Below are positions 29,044 to 40,000 of a stretch of DNA of 40,000 bases, in pieces (within the stretch, counting starts at the first letter, position 1; the number at the start of each line of letters is the position of its first letter). The notes under the pieces are model-generated. The model was not told the DNA's origin and did not search any database. It saw only the letters and a program-made list of their open reading frames with translations. The DNA lies in the NCBI GenBank assembly GCA_038748515.1, contig JBCDIW010000002.1, forward strand, positions 382,296 to 422,295, in the 5' to 3' direction. A program made the translations under genes and the position numbers. Source of the stretch: Pseudomonadota bacterium. Lineage in GTDB: Bacteria; Pseudomonadota; Gammaproteobacteria; Pseudomonadales; Halieaceae.

Positions 29044-29261
29044 TGGGGCAAGCGCCACGATTGTCGTTAGCACATGCCCACCGGCGTCAGGTGCATTTTT
29101 TACAAATGCGCCACTTTTCAGACGCTTACCGCGGATTTAGCCAGCATTCGTCGGAAAAATCCAGAAATTTCATATTATTGTCACATTAAAGTCATGTTTC
29201 TATGAAGTGAGTTGCTTCCCTGGCGGGTTTTGCTTTCTCGGCACGCCGATCAAGCGGCGCA

Positions 29262-30686
29262 TCAGGCAAAGAGGCCGTGGAGAAACCAGCGCTGCAGCCG
29301 GCGCTCGTGGTACACCCAGAAGCGCTGCCCCTGCTCATTGCGGGCGACAAAGTAGTCGCGGCTGGTGCCACCCTGCCACCAGCCGTCCTCGATGCGCTCC
29401 GGGCCATACACGAGCGTGAGGCGACTTCCCCAGAAAGAGAGACGGTCTTCCCGCTGGCCCAGGGTTTCGGGGGTGGACAGTAACCAGAAGGGGCGTTGCG
29501 CCGCTGCGGGTGTCGCACCCGAAGGCGCGTCACCGGGCGCGACACTGGCGTAGCTGTCCTCCGGGAGATGTCCATCCCGACAGCGCAGGCTGCTCACAGC
29601 CCGCGATCCCAGGCGATTGCTGAGCAGGTCCACCAGCTTTGCCGGCGACACGCCCTGGCCTCGCGCACCGAAGAGATCGACAGGCTCCGGCTCGGCGCTC
29701 TCCAGCTGCATTACGCAAAGTTGTACCAGTTCCACTTCATCGCGAAAAGGGCGACGCTCAAGGCGCAGTCGTGTAAGCCGGTACCAGTCCGCACGGGTGG
29801 TGCCCGGGGTGCTGGCGCGGACTTCGAGCTCCTCCTGGTATTCGCCGATGCCCCGGAAACGCCACAGCAGCAGGCGTGTCTGGAGCTGGCGCTGGCGCAG
29901 ATAGTTCTCCAGGGACTCCAGGAGTTGTTCGAGAGCGGGCCCCAGCTCATCCTGATTGCGGACCGGGTAGCCCAGGGGGTAGCTGTCCTGGAAACAGCTC
30001 GGCGGCTCGAAGTGCACCACGGCCTCGATACGTTCTCCGCGTAGATGCTGCAGCAGTTCGCTGAAGTCGCGGCCGCCGCGTTTCCCCAGGGCAGCGACCG
30101 GCAGGGCGAGGATATCTCCCAGCCTGTGCAGCCCGCTGCGCTCCAGGGCACTGAACTGCGGATCAAGGGGGCTGAGCAGACTGCTGGGCAGCTCGGCGAG
30201 ACGCTCTTCGAGCGGCGTATCTACATTACTGCGCCCCGCGCTGCCATGGGACAGGGCCCAGGCTGCCAGGGGGGTCTGCGCTGCCGCTATTTCCACGCTG
30301 AAGCCCCGGCTCGCGAGGCCGCGTCGGCAGTAGCGGAGTATGGCGTCGAGGCCGCCGAAGAGACGAAGGGAGCCCGCAACCTCGAGCATCAGGCAGTCAC
30401 CGCGGAAGCTGTACAGGTGCGGTGTTACGCCGTAGGCCCAGCAGGACAGGTCTTCGAGAGCCTGCTGCTCTGCGCCTGGGTCCCGAGCGAGCAGTTGCAG
30501 GGGCTGCTCGCCGGCGAGCGCCCGGGCGCTCGCCGGATCCATGCCCGCCTCGATGCCGAGCAGGCTTGCAGCGGCGTTCATGGCATGAACGCGCTGTTGC
30601 TCAAGCACGGCGACCGCCAACGGCCGCCGGTGGGGCAGGCACTGCACCGCCAGTTCCGGCAGACGCAGGCAGAGCCAGAGTTGCAT
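29262..30686 (-). CDS. imuB: ImuB, Y-family polymerase-like accessory protein of the DnaE2 mutasome
   Basis: MQLWLCLRLPELAVQCL...AVAVLEQQRVHAMNAAA...GIEAGM is the typical ImuB N-terminus. About 474 aa, with a LexA box about 20 nt upstream; imuA and dnaE2 are on the same strand. The start is taken as the ATG at 30686. Confidence 0.9.
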   Translation of the reverse strand: MQLWLCLRLPELAVQCLPHRRPLAVAVLEQQRVHAMNAAASLLGIEAGMDPASARALAGEQPLQLLARDPGAEQQALEDLSCWAYGVTPHLYSFRGDCLMLEVAGSLRLFGGLDAILRYCRRGLASRGFSVEIAAAQTPLAAWALSHGSAGRSNVDTPLEERLAELPSSLLSPLDPQFSALERSGLHRLGDILALPVAALGKRGGRDFSELLQHLRGERIEAVVHFEPPSCFQDSYPLGYPVRNQDELGPALEQLLESLENYLRQRQLQTRLLLWRFRGIGEYQEELEVRASTPGTTRADWYRLTRLRLERRPFRDEVELVQLCVMQLESAEPEPVDLFGARGQGVSPAKLVDLLSNRLGSRAVSSLRCRDGHLPEDSYASVAPGDAPSGATPAAAQRPFWLLSTPETLGQREDRLSFWGSRLTLVYGPERIEDGWWQGGTSRDYFVARNEQGQRFWVYHERRLQRWFLHGLFA

Positions 30687-30704
30687 GGGTACTTCCATCA
30701 AATA

Positions 30705-30720
30705 CTGTACATATATACAG
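30705..30720. promoter_or_regulatory. LexA (SOS) box CTGTACATATATACAG upstream of imuB
   Basis: Perfect CTGT-N8-ACAG within the near-palindrome TCAAATACTGTACATATATACAGTATTTGA. It lies 19 nt upstream of the imuB ATG. Confidence 0.85.
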
Positions 30721-30759
30721 TATTTGATTTCCGCCGGATTGGCGAACCCGCGAGCCGCC

Positions 30760-30966
30760 TCAGCTCATATTGCGTTCAAGTAAATAGGTGATCGCGGTCT
30801 TGATAACGAAGCCCAGAATGCCTAGCGCCAGGGCAAGGTAGAGGATCATCGTGCCGAAGACCCCCGCATTGCTCTTGCGCGCGAGGTCCCAGACGATGAA
30901 GACCATGAACAGGATCAGGCCGCCCACGCCAATGGTCACCCCGTATTCCGTGAGCCAGGCATCCAT
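30760..30966 (-). CDS. DUF2788-family small membrane protein
   Basis: 68 aa with two helices. FIVWDLARKSNAGVFGT fits the DUF2788 pattern. Confidence 0.65.
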   Translation of the reverse strand: MDAWLTEYGVTIGVGGLILFMVFIVWDLARKSNAGVFGTMILYLALALGILGFVIKTAITYLLERNMS

Positions 30967-30967
30967 C

Positions 30968-31405
30968 TCAGGAGCTGACCTGAACCGCAGCCTGCAGCGA
31001 GCTCTCGGCGATCAGGGAATTGGTGATCAGACAGCCCTGCTCGGCTTTTTGGAGCAGCTTTTTCGCTTTCTCTATGTCAGTCCCCGCCGGGACCTCCAGT
31101 GTGGCTTCGACGTTGATTCCGGTAAAGCGCATGGCCCGTTCAATACGATCAAGAGTACCCGTCACGTGGCATTCCAGATGCATCCACTCCAGCTTTGACG
31201 CCTGCGCCACGGCACGAAAGGTGAGGATGAAGCAATCGGCAACCGCGCCGACGAGCAGAGTCTCCGGCGACCACTTATCTCCAGGACCGCCGAACTCCGC
31301 CGGCGGTGCCGAGACGATCTCCGACAGGCCTGGTGCCGTGAGTGCCACATGGTTGTCGCTCGTGGCGGAACCACTGACTCTGTAGTTATGGGGAAAGGCT
31401 TCCAT
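30968..31405 (-). CDS. osmC: OsmC/Ohr-family peroxiredoxin-like protein
   Basis: 145 aa. ...FGGPGDKWSPETLLVGAVADCF... and ...AEQGCLITNSL carry the two conserved Cys of the OsmC family. Confidence 0.85.
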   Translation of the reverse strand: MEAFPHNYRVSGSATSDNHVALTAPGLSEIVSAPPAEFGGPGDKWSPETLLVGAVADCFILTFRAVAQASKLEWMHLECHVTGTLDRIERAMRFTGINVEATLEVPAGTDIEKAKKLLQKAEQGCLITNSLIAESSLQAAVQVSS

Positions 31406-31508
31406 AAAGACGTCTCCTGGCGGCTTGTCTGGCTAGCGGGCAGCGACGGCGCTGCTACTGCGGAGCGGCGTTATAGCCGGTGGAGAGGCGGGATGCTAGT
31501 AGGCTTTA

Positions 31509-31613
31509 GCCAAAGGTACCTGCCAAAAGTACCTGCCAAAGGTATTTGCTAAAGGAATTGGCCAAAAGCCATTTGCCAAAGGTTTCGGCCCGAGGTGTTG
31601 GTCCAAAGTAACG
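31509..31613. repeat. Degenerate 13-bp tandem array (GCCAAAGGTACCT-like, about 8 units)
   Basis: Read directly: gccaaaggtacct gccaaaagtacct gccaaaggtattt gctaaaggaattg gccaaaagccattt gccaaaggtttcg gcccgaggtgttg gtccaaagtaacg. Confidence 0.85.
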
Positions 31614-32250
31614 ATTGCCTGCTACTGATGTAAGCGGAAATTGTCCGCAAGCTTTTCGCCACAAACAACGCCCCTTGCGGTAGCGGTACACGGTTAGCAA
31701 GAGCGTCTTCACCGGATCTTACAGTCTCATCAATTCCGGCCATGAACTCACACAGTCTTAATGGAGTATCCTTGATTGGCAGGGTCCGGCCTGAAGAAAA
31801 TCGCACTGAGTCGCAGCAGGAGTTGCTTCAGTCCATGGATAGCTTCACTGTTCAGACTTCGACCACTATGCTGCTCATCTAGTCCGTCCCACGCATTCGC
31901 TGCGCAACGGTCGGGATATATCGGTGGTTAACTTCTTGGTTTCATGTTGGCCAAATGTTGGCCTCATCGCGCTCCCAAGGACACTTCTCATCAATGCTGT
32001 CTTTGTTGGAAGCGGGTGTCGTCGAGTAGAAAGTCGAAACCTCTGTCGGCGACCCGAAGCGGAGTATGGCCATTGCAACGAGTTCTACACCGCCGAGCCT
32101 TGAGCGCTGTTGAGCGAGTTGCTTGCCGTTTTCTCGGCCGCTTGCACTAGACTTCTGCCTCACTTGGTGCGGGAATATTTAGCCGTTTTCAGTACGTTAA
32201 ACGCTCTGTTTATTTAACGGAATTAGTCGGAGATTAGAGGGGTATCTATT

Positions 32251-32949
32251 TTGCAAGAGCAGCTCAGAGCGCAAATACTGACTGATCCACCCAAGTTTCA
32301 TTTCTGGCACGGCAAACATTCGGCTGGGGGGTTCTTGAACAGTGATTTCGAGGACTTTGATGAGCTTCTAAAACTTCTGCCACCGGGCGCCGAATCCCGG
32401 AATTTCATTGAAACCGGTGCGGGACTGTCGACACTTTGGTTCTTGGCGAATGAGTTCCGAGTAGTCTCATTTACACTGGAAAAAATTGCAGATGCTGTCA
32501 ATGGCTACCTGCGTGATGGATACCCTGAACTAGCTGGCCAGTGGACATGCTTCACCGGAAAGAGTGAAAGGAACCTCGTGCCGTTCACAAATGGCGAGAA
32601 GCAAGATGCTTTCGACATCGCATTGATCGATGGAAATCATGCTATCGCCACGGTGTTCGCCGACTATGTTGGATTGAATCTTTGTCTTAAGAAAGGAGGG
32701 CTTCTGATCGTCGACGACGTGCGGCTTCCCGGTCCCAGATTACTTGATCAACTCCTGATGCAATTGACTGATGACTGGGAGCATGTATGGACCCAAGAAA
32801 GAGGAAAATGGAAGTGCTACAGGAAAACAACGGACGCCGACGTCCGGATAGGAAACTGTAAGGAGTTCTCCTTTTATGTGCCCCCACCGGGGCAACGAAG
32901 CCTCTTGCGCAGAGTAAAAACGAAGGCGGGTAAGCTGTTGGGACTATGA
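32251..32949 (+). CDS. Class I SAM-dependent methyltransferase (O-methyltransferase family 3-like)
   Basis: 232 aa. The IETGAGLSTLW (motif I) and DIALIDGNH...GGLLIVDDV pattern. Low-GC codon usage and a TTG start. Confidence 0.65.
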   Translation: MQEQLRAQILTDPPKFHFWHGKHSAGGFLNSDFEDFDELLKLLPPGAESRNFIETGAGLSTLWFLANEFRVVSFTLEKIADAVNGYLRDGYPELAGQWTCFTGKSERNLVPFTNGEKQDAFDIALIDGNHAIATVFADYVGLNLCLKKGGLLIVDDVRLPGPRLLDQLLMQLTDDWEHVWTQERGKWKCYRKTTDADVRIGNCKEFSFYVPPPGQRSLLRRVKTKAGKLLGL

Positions 32950-33120
32950 ACCGAGAACAACCGGTAACCGAGTTTACGGCTGGTGTTCTACCGTAGCCAA
33001 TCCATTGGCACGGACTTGTGGTCCCCCCAATGAATAAGCGCGACGTGCAGCAGCCTGGTGACTTGCGATGTGGTTTTCGAGCCTCGCGTAACTTGTAAGA
33101 CAGGCCCCTGCCAAAGAGCA

Positions 33121-33254
33121 CAGTCCCGAAGGTACAGTCCCGAAGGTACAGTCTCGAAGGTACAGTCTCGAAGGTACAGTCTCGAAGGTACAGTCTCGAA
33201 GGTACAGTCTCGAAGGTACAGTTCCGAAGGTACAGTCTCGAAGCTACAGTCTGA
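33121..33254. repeat. 14-bp tandem array CAGTCTCGAAGGTA, about 9.5 units
   Basis: Read directly. Five central units are identical, and the edge units carry single substitutions (cagtcccgaaggta, cagttccgaaggta, cagtctcgaagcta). Confidence 0.95.
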
Positions 33255-33335
33255 TCGGAGACTGACCGGGTATATGCGCTCGAAATGGAGTCTGAAAAGT
33301 CGTAGCGCTCACGAATAGCAGTGCTTCTCGCAACG

Positions 33336-34388
33336 TCAGGATACGGCACGAGTCCCCTGGGCAGCGGAGTCGGCCGGCAATTCCCAGAGCTGCGGCTGGT
33401 GGGGAATGTCGTCTTCCGGCGGCAGGTAGACATTGACGTCGTACAGACCGCTGCGCTGTTTGAGGATCTGCACCTCGCGGTAGGCCTGCATCTGTAGCCG
33501 CAGCGAGGCCGGTGCGTGCTGCTGGGCCACCTCCCGGGGGCGGAACAGTACCGCCAGCGTGTCGCCGCGCGCCGCGGCCAGCTGCAGGCGTCGCAGCTCC
33601 GCATAGCGGTACTCGCTCTTACCGAGCCAGCTGAATACGGCGCTGCAGGTGCCGCTGCGCAGCGCCTGTTCGGTACTCCACAATTGTTCTTCCCGATCCC
33701 GGGGATGGACGAGGAGTACCTGTCGCGTATCGATATCGCGGGCGGCCAGCAGCGGTGCGTAGGGGGTATAGGGCGCGCCGATAAAGGCCTGCCAGCGGGA
33801 CTGTTCGCTCAGAGCCTGCATGGCGGGGAGGAAAAGGCCCATGGCGCCCATGCCCGATGCATCCGTGAGGACCTCGATGCAGGTACCCAGGGGCCAGCCG
33901 CCCTCACAGAGACGTGCATCCAGGGCCGCAAAGCCCGTGCTCAGGTGGGGGTGGCTGTGGTGATCGTTGTTGGCGGCCTTTGCTGTGCTGCCCTGGTCCT
34001 TCTCGTCACGACCGCTAAAGCCGTCAAAGCTAAATTCCGAGCCGACACCATGCTGGGCATGAATCCCAAGCCAGGTGTCACGCCGCCTGATGACCTGCTG
34101 CAGGGCCTCGGGGAGTTCTCGGGGCTTCTTTCTGGTCGCTGCTTTTGCTGCTGTTTTTGCTGCTGTTTTTGCTGCTGCTTTTGTCGCTGCCCGGGTCGCT
34201 GCTTGTGTCGCTGCCATCGGCGCTTCCCGAGTCAGTTCGCTGGGATCAGCCGGGCCGGTCTGTGCGGCAGTCTGCGTGGAACCCCCATCGTCGATATTGC
34301 CGAAGAGTGCGGAAACCGTGGCGGGGGCGCGGCCCGAAGCACGGGAGGGCTGGCTCTCCTGGGACTCAAGGTCAAAATCGCGATGCAT
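33336..34388 (-). CDS. imuA: ImuA (SulA/RecA-fold-like) with a long low-complexity N-terminal extension
   Basis: The C-terminal part, GFAALDARLCEGGWPLGTCIEVL....GMGAMGLFLPAM...AFIGAPYTPYAPLLAARDID..QVLLVHP...EQLWSTEQALRSGTCSAVFSWL, is typical of ImuA. The start is taken as the ATG at 34388 (MHRDF...) because a LexA box lies inside the longer track ORF. Confidence 0.8.
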   Translation of the reverse strand: MHRDFDLESQESQPSRASGRAPATVSALFGNIDDGGSTQTAAQTGPADPSELTREAPMAATQAATRAATKAAAKTAAKTAAKAATRKKPRELPEALQQVIRRRDTWLGIHAQHGVGSEFSFDGFSGRDEKDQGSTAKAANNDHHSHPHLSTGFAALDARLCEGGWPLGTCIEVLTDASGMGAMGLFLPAMQALSEQSRWQAFIGAPYTPYAPLLAARDIDTRQVLLVHPRDREEQLWSTEQALRSGTCSAVFSWLGKSEYRYAELRRLQLAAARGDTLAVLFRPREVAQQHAPASLRLQMQAYREVQILKQRSGLYDVNVYLPPEDDIPHQPQLWELPADSAAQGTRAVS

Positions 34389-34413
34389 GCTGCAGATCCT
34401 CTCAGGCAAAATA

Positions 34414-34429
34414 CTGTATATAAAAACAG
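34414..34429. promoter_or_regulatory. LexA (SOS) box CTGTATATAAAAACAG upstream of imuA
   Basis: TACTGTATATAAAAACAGTA matches the gammaproteobacterial consensus. It lies 26 nt upstream of the proposed imuA ATG. Confidence 0.8.
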
Positions 34430-34481
34430 TAGTCTGGAAATGAGCATCCTGCAAGCGCGATTGCGCTCACCTGTCGCTTTG

Positions 34482-35507
34482 TCAGACAGGTAGAGTCCGG
34501 GTGTCCCCGCGCGACATCCCGAGAAGAAGTAACTCCATGATTTCCCAGGGTTTTCCTGGCCCAAAGCCCTTGATGCTGGCGTCCAGGCGGGCCGCCAGGG
34601 CAAGCAGGTTGTTGCAGCTGCTGCTGTCGTGCCGGCCAAGCGCCGCGCTAATGACGCTCTGTCGGTTTTTCCACACCCGTGCTTCTCCCATGGCCTGCGA
34701 GGGCGAGCGCCCGCTCTCCACCGCCACGCAAAGCGCGCGCAGCAACTCCAGCTCACGCACCAACGCCCATACGAGCGCTGCCGGTTGACCGCCCTCGGCG
34801 CGCAGGCCATGGAGCATGCGCAGGCTGTCCGAATCCCGACCGGCCAGGGCGACATCGATCATGCTGAACAGCGAGAAACGGGCGCTGTTGGCCACGGACG
34901 CGCCTACCGCCGCGCTGTCGATGGGGGCGCCTTCGCTGAGGAGCTCCAACTTCTCCAGTTCCTGGACGGCGGCGAGGAGATTGCCCTCCACGCGCTCCGC
35001 GAGCAGCTGCAGGGCGTCGCGCTCGATACGCATCCCCCGCGAAGCGGCGCGCTGCCCCAGCCATCGCGGGAGCTGGTCCGCGCTCACCGGCCAGATCTGC
35101 AGCGTGGCACCGGCGCCGTCGATGGCCTTGTACCACTTGCTGTTGGTAGAGGCGCGGTCGATCTTGCCCGCGATGATGAGCAGGACGTCTTCCGAGGGTT
35201 GTTCCAGGTAGGAGAGCAGCGCCTGGCTGCCGTCGCTGCCCGGTTTGCCGCTGGGCAGGCGCAGCTCGAGCAGGCGCCGATCCCCAAAGAGCGACAGGCT
35301 GCTGGCATCGTCCAGGAGGTCCTGCCAGCGGAAGCTGCGCTCCCCGGCGTCGAGGACAACCCGCTCGGTGCAGCCTTCGCGCCGCGCCGCGCCGCGGATC
35401 TGGTCGGCGCATTCCTGCACCAGCAGGGTTTCGTCCCCGCTGACCAGATACACGGGGAGCAAGCGCCGCCCAAGTTCCGCGCCTAGCTTTTCGGGGTAGA
35501 CGCGCAA
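34482..35507 (-). CDS. holA: DNA polymerase III delta subunit HolA
   Basis: 341 aa. ...LPVYLVSGDETLLVQE...LFGDRRLLELRLPSGKPG..., in the conserved leuS-lptE-holA order. Confidence 0.9.
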   Translation of the reverse strand: MRVYPEKLGAELGRRLLPVYLVSGDETLLVQECADQIRGAARREGCTERVVLDAGERSFRWQDLLDDASSLSLFGDRRLLELRLPSGKPGSDGSQALLSYLEQPSEDVLLIIAGKIDRASTNSKWYKAIDGAGATLQIWPVSADQLPRWLGQRAASRGMRIERDALQLLAERVEGNLLAAVQELEKLELLSEGAPIDSAAVGASVANSARFSLFSMIDVALAGRDSDSLRMLHGLRAEGGQPAALVWALVRELELLRALCVAVESGRSPSQAMGEARVWKNRQSVISAALGRHDSSSCNNLLALAARLDASIKGFGPGKPWEIMELLLLGMSRGDTRTLPV

Positions 35508-35513
35508 GGAGGG

Positions 35514-36065
35514 TCAGTCTGCGTTCGCGGCAAAAAAGCTGATGCGGCGCAGAATCTGATCGGCGAGTTCGCGGCGCAGCTCGGCCTGCAAGACGCGAAC
35601 TTCCTCGGCCTTCCCGACCACGTTCTGCGGGTCGTTCTCCATCTGTTTATTGACCGTCGCGGTGGTCCGCGGCATGACCAGTTGGCCACTGCTGTCCAGG
35701 ACCGAAAACTCCGTACTCATGATCAGATCAAACTCTGCCGCCCGGGCCTGGGCGTTGACCGAGAGGTTGCGCTGACTGAAACGTTCCGGACCGAGGCGCA
35801 GCGTGTGACTGGCACTCTCGCGCGTCTCCCAAACGATGCCGCTCGCGCTGAAGGTCGCATCAACGGTACGCGCGAATTCCGCGTTGGGGCTGCCGGTAAC
35901 GAGATGCATACTGCGCCAGCTTTCCGGGAGCGCCGAGCTGCCGTCCACGCCGCGCAGTTGAAAGCCGCAGGACGCGAGGATCAGGCACAGAACCACGCCA
36001 ACGAGGGGTGCGGCGAGGTCCCGCGTAAGCCTGGTGGTTGCCGCATAAAAACCGGATCGGTGCAT
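35514..36065 (-). CDS. lptE: LPS-assembly lipoprotein LptE
   Basis: Lipobox LILASCGFQLRG, about 180 aa, located between leuS and holA. Confidence 0.85.
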   Translation of the reverse strand: MHRSGFYAATTRLTRDLAAPLVGVVLCLILASCGFQLRGVDGSSALPESWRSMHLVTGSPNAEFARTVDATFSASGIVWETRESASHTLRLGPERFSQRNLSVNAQARAAEFDLIMSTEFSVLDSSGQLVMPRTTATVNKQMENDPQNVVGKAEEVRVLQAELRRELADQILRRISFFAANAD

Positions 36066-36068
36066 GGC

Positions 36069-38787
<2,719 letters not shown>

Positions 38788-39045
38788 TGCACTGAGCGAA
38801 GTTCCAAGCGAAGTTTCCGCGAATCGTGTCGCATGCTCCAACGCTCTCGCAGCTGTGCATGCGTACGGGGGGGCATGGCGATTATTTTTAACCATAAACG
38901 GCGGCGAACGAGATAAGGCGGAATGCGCTCCGCCTAGTAGACTCAGATCGCTGCGTTACACGTGGACAAGGCGTGCCGTATTGAGGATTTCACCGCCGCC
39001 CAGATGAAGCCACAGCCTACCCACCTCAAACACTGCACGAGCGGA

Positions 39046-39169
39046 GAGGGCTTGGTCTGGTATTCCGCTTCTGACGGGTACCGAGCGCCTGGATGGCGCG
39101 AGATAAGCCTGGCCATGGATGGCCGCTTTTTGGCGTCCCGTCAGAAGCGGAATACCAGACCGAGCCCTC
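39046..39169. repeat. 124-bp hairpin element, copy B (inverted relative to A; same core and outer stem, different inner stem)
   Basis: GAGGGCTTGGTCTGGTATTCCGCTTCTGACGGG ... CCCGTCAGAAGCGGAATACCAGACCGAGCCCTC. The central roughly 58-60 nt are the exact reverse complement of the copy A core. Confidence 0.85.
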
Positions 39170-39440
39170 GGTGGACTGGCACCACCCCAGACGAGAATTA
39201 TCGTCCTGACCAGGTCGTAACGTGCAGCGACGCCAGGTCTGCGGACAGACGAACGGTCAGAAGCGAAGTACCAGACCGAGTCCTCGGCGGACTGGCACCA
39301 CCCCAGACGAGATTTGCCGTCCTACCCAGGTCGTTACGTGCCGCGACGCCAGGTCTGCGGATAGACGAACGGTCAGAAGCGAAACACCAGACCGAGCCCC
39401 GGCAAACTGACACCACGCCGAAAAGAGACTATTCGTCCTG
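39142..39440. repeat. 116-bp tandem repeat, about 2.6 units, overlapping the right arm of hairpin B and the 3' end of lnt
   Basis: The CAGAAGCG unit starts at 39142, 39258 and 39374 (period 116). The units share ...ACCAGACCGAG.CCTCGG.GGACTGGCACCACCCCAGACGAGA...CGTCCT..CCAGGTCGT.ACGTGC.GCGACGCCAGGTCTGCGGA.AGACGAACGGT. Confidence 0.85.
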
Positions 39441-40000
39441 ATCCCGCCACAAAGTGTTGTAGAGCAAAGCCATCAAGGTCAGGAGGACAAACAAAGCCGC
39501 AAGCAAAGGCGTAGACCCGAAGCTCGTAAAGGGCGTGTTCCCGAGCATGACTTCAGCTTCCCCGGTCAATGTGGCCTCCTCGAACTGCGGAGTCGCGCTA
39601 AGAATGGTGCCTCGGTGGTCAATGATTGCCGTGACGCCGTTGTTGGTACCACGCAGAAGATAGCGGCCGTTTTCCAGCGCCCGCATCCGCGCCATCTCCA
39701 GGTGCTGAAGAGGACCGATAGAAGAGCCGAACCAGCTGTCGTTGCTGATGGTGACCAGCATTTCGGCGCGGCGGGCGCTGCGGGCGACCAGTTCCGGGTA
39801 GACGATTTCGTAGCAGATCAGTGGAGCAATACGGTGATTGCCAGCTTGGAGCGGGGCCTGGCCCGGTTGGCCGGTGCTGAAGTTCGACATGGGCAGGTCG
39901 AAGAAGTCGATCAGGCCGCGCAGCCACTGGTCCAAGGGTACGTATTCACCGAAGGGGACGAGGCGCTGCTTGTCGTACAAGCCGCTGCCGAGTCCGAGGG
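39429..40000 (-). CDS. lnt: Apolipoprotein N-acyltransferase Lnt, C-terminal part (5' end outside the window)
   Basis: CN-hydrolase domain motifs (LVPFGEYVP, ICYEIVYPE, LVTISNDSWFG, ARMRALENGRYLLRGTNNG) and a terminal transmembrane helix. Confidence 0.9.
   Translation of the reverse strand, partial: LGLGSGLYDKQRLVPFGEYVPLDQWLRGLIDFFDLPMSNFSTGQPGQAPLQAGNHRIAPLICYEIVYPELVARSARRAEMLVTISNDSWFGSSIGPLQHLEMARMRALENGRYLLRGTNNGVTAIIDHRGTILSATPQFEEATLTGEAEVMLGNTPFTSFGSTPLLAALFVLLTLMALLYNTLWRDQDE

Noticed and set aside
32687-33604. 305-aa minus-strand ORF
   Set aside because: It is antisense to the methyltransferase gene and to the imuA 3' end, and it reads straight through the 14-bp tandem array (repetitive TVPSRLYLRDCTFE translation). 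It is an artefact.

Overview
High-GC gammaproteobacterial chromosomal window. All family names come from reading the translations and from memory; no searches were run. The edges are core housekeeping genes: ppnN (3' part), a PQQ sugar dehydrogenase, a MAPEG protein, an alpha/beta hydrolase and ferritin on the left, and holA-lptE-leuS plus the 3' part of lnt on the right. The main feature is an SOS mutagenesis module (imuA, imuB, dnaE2). The three genes are on the minus strand in canonical order but are split into three units, each behind its own CTGT-N8-ACAG LexA box. Between imuB and dnaE2 lies a complete chromosomal integron. Its integrase gene intI (7264-8274) has a LexA box overlapping its start codon and ends 21 nt upstream of dnaE2 on the same strand. 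A putative attI lies near 8548, and at least 12 attC-bounded, lower-GC cassettes run to about 15.4 kb. The cassettes carry an LMW-phosphatase-like gene, small membrane proteins, a RelE/XRE pair, a DUF4258/DUF2283 pair, a two-gene cassette with an in-frame TAG, and an ORF-less cassette. One attC is interrupted by an IS110-family element. From 15.9 to 28.9 kb there is a block of small accessory genes, almost all on the plus strand, with no recognisable attC sites. A roughly 2.6 kb gap separates imuA from imuB. It holds osmC, a DUF2788 gene and a low-GC islet with a SAM-methyltransferase, flanked by related 13/14-bp tandem arrays. The lnt-leuS spacer contains two 124-bp hairpin elements with an identical core and outer stem but entirely different, self-complementary inner stems, followed by 116-bp tandem repeats. 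No rRNA, tRNA or CRISPR array was seen.
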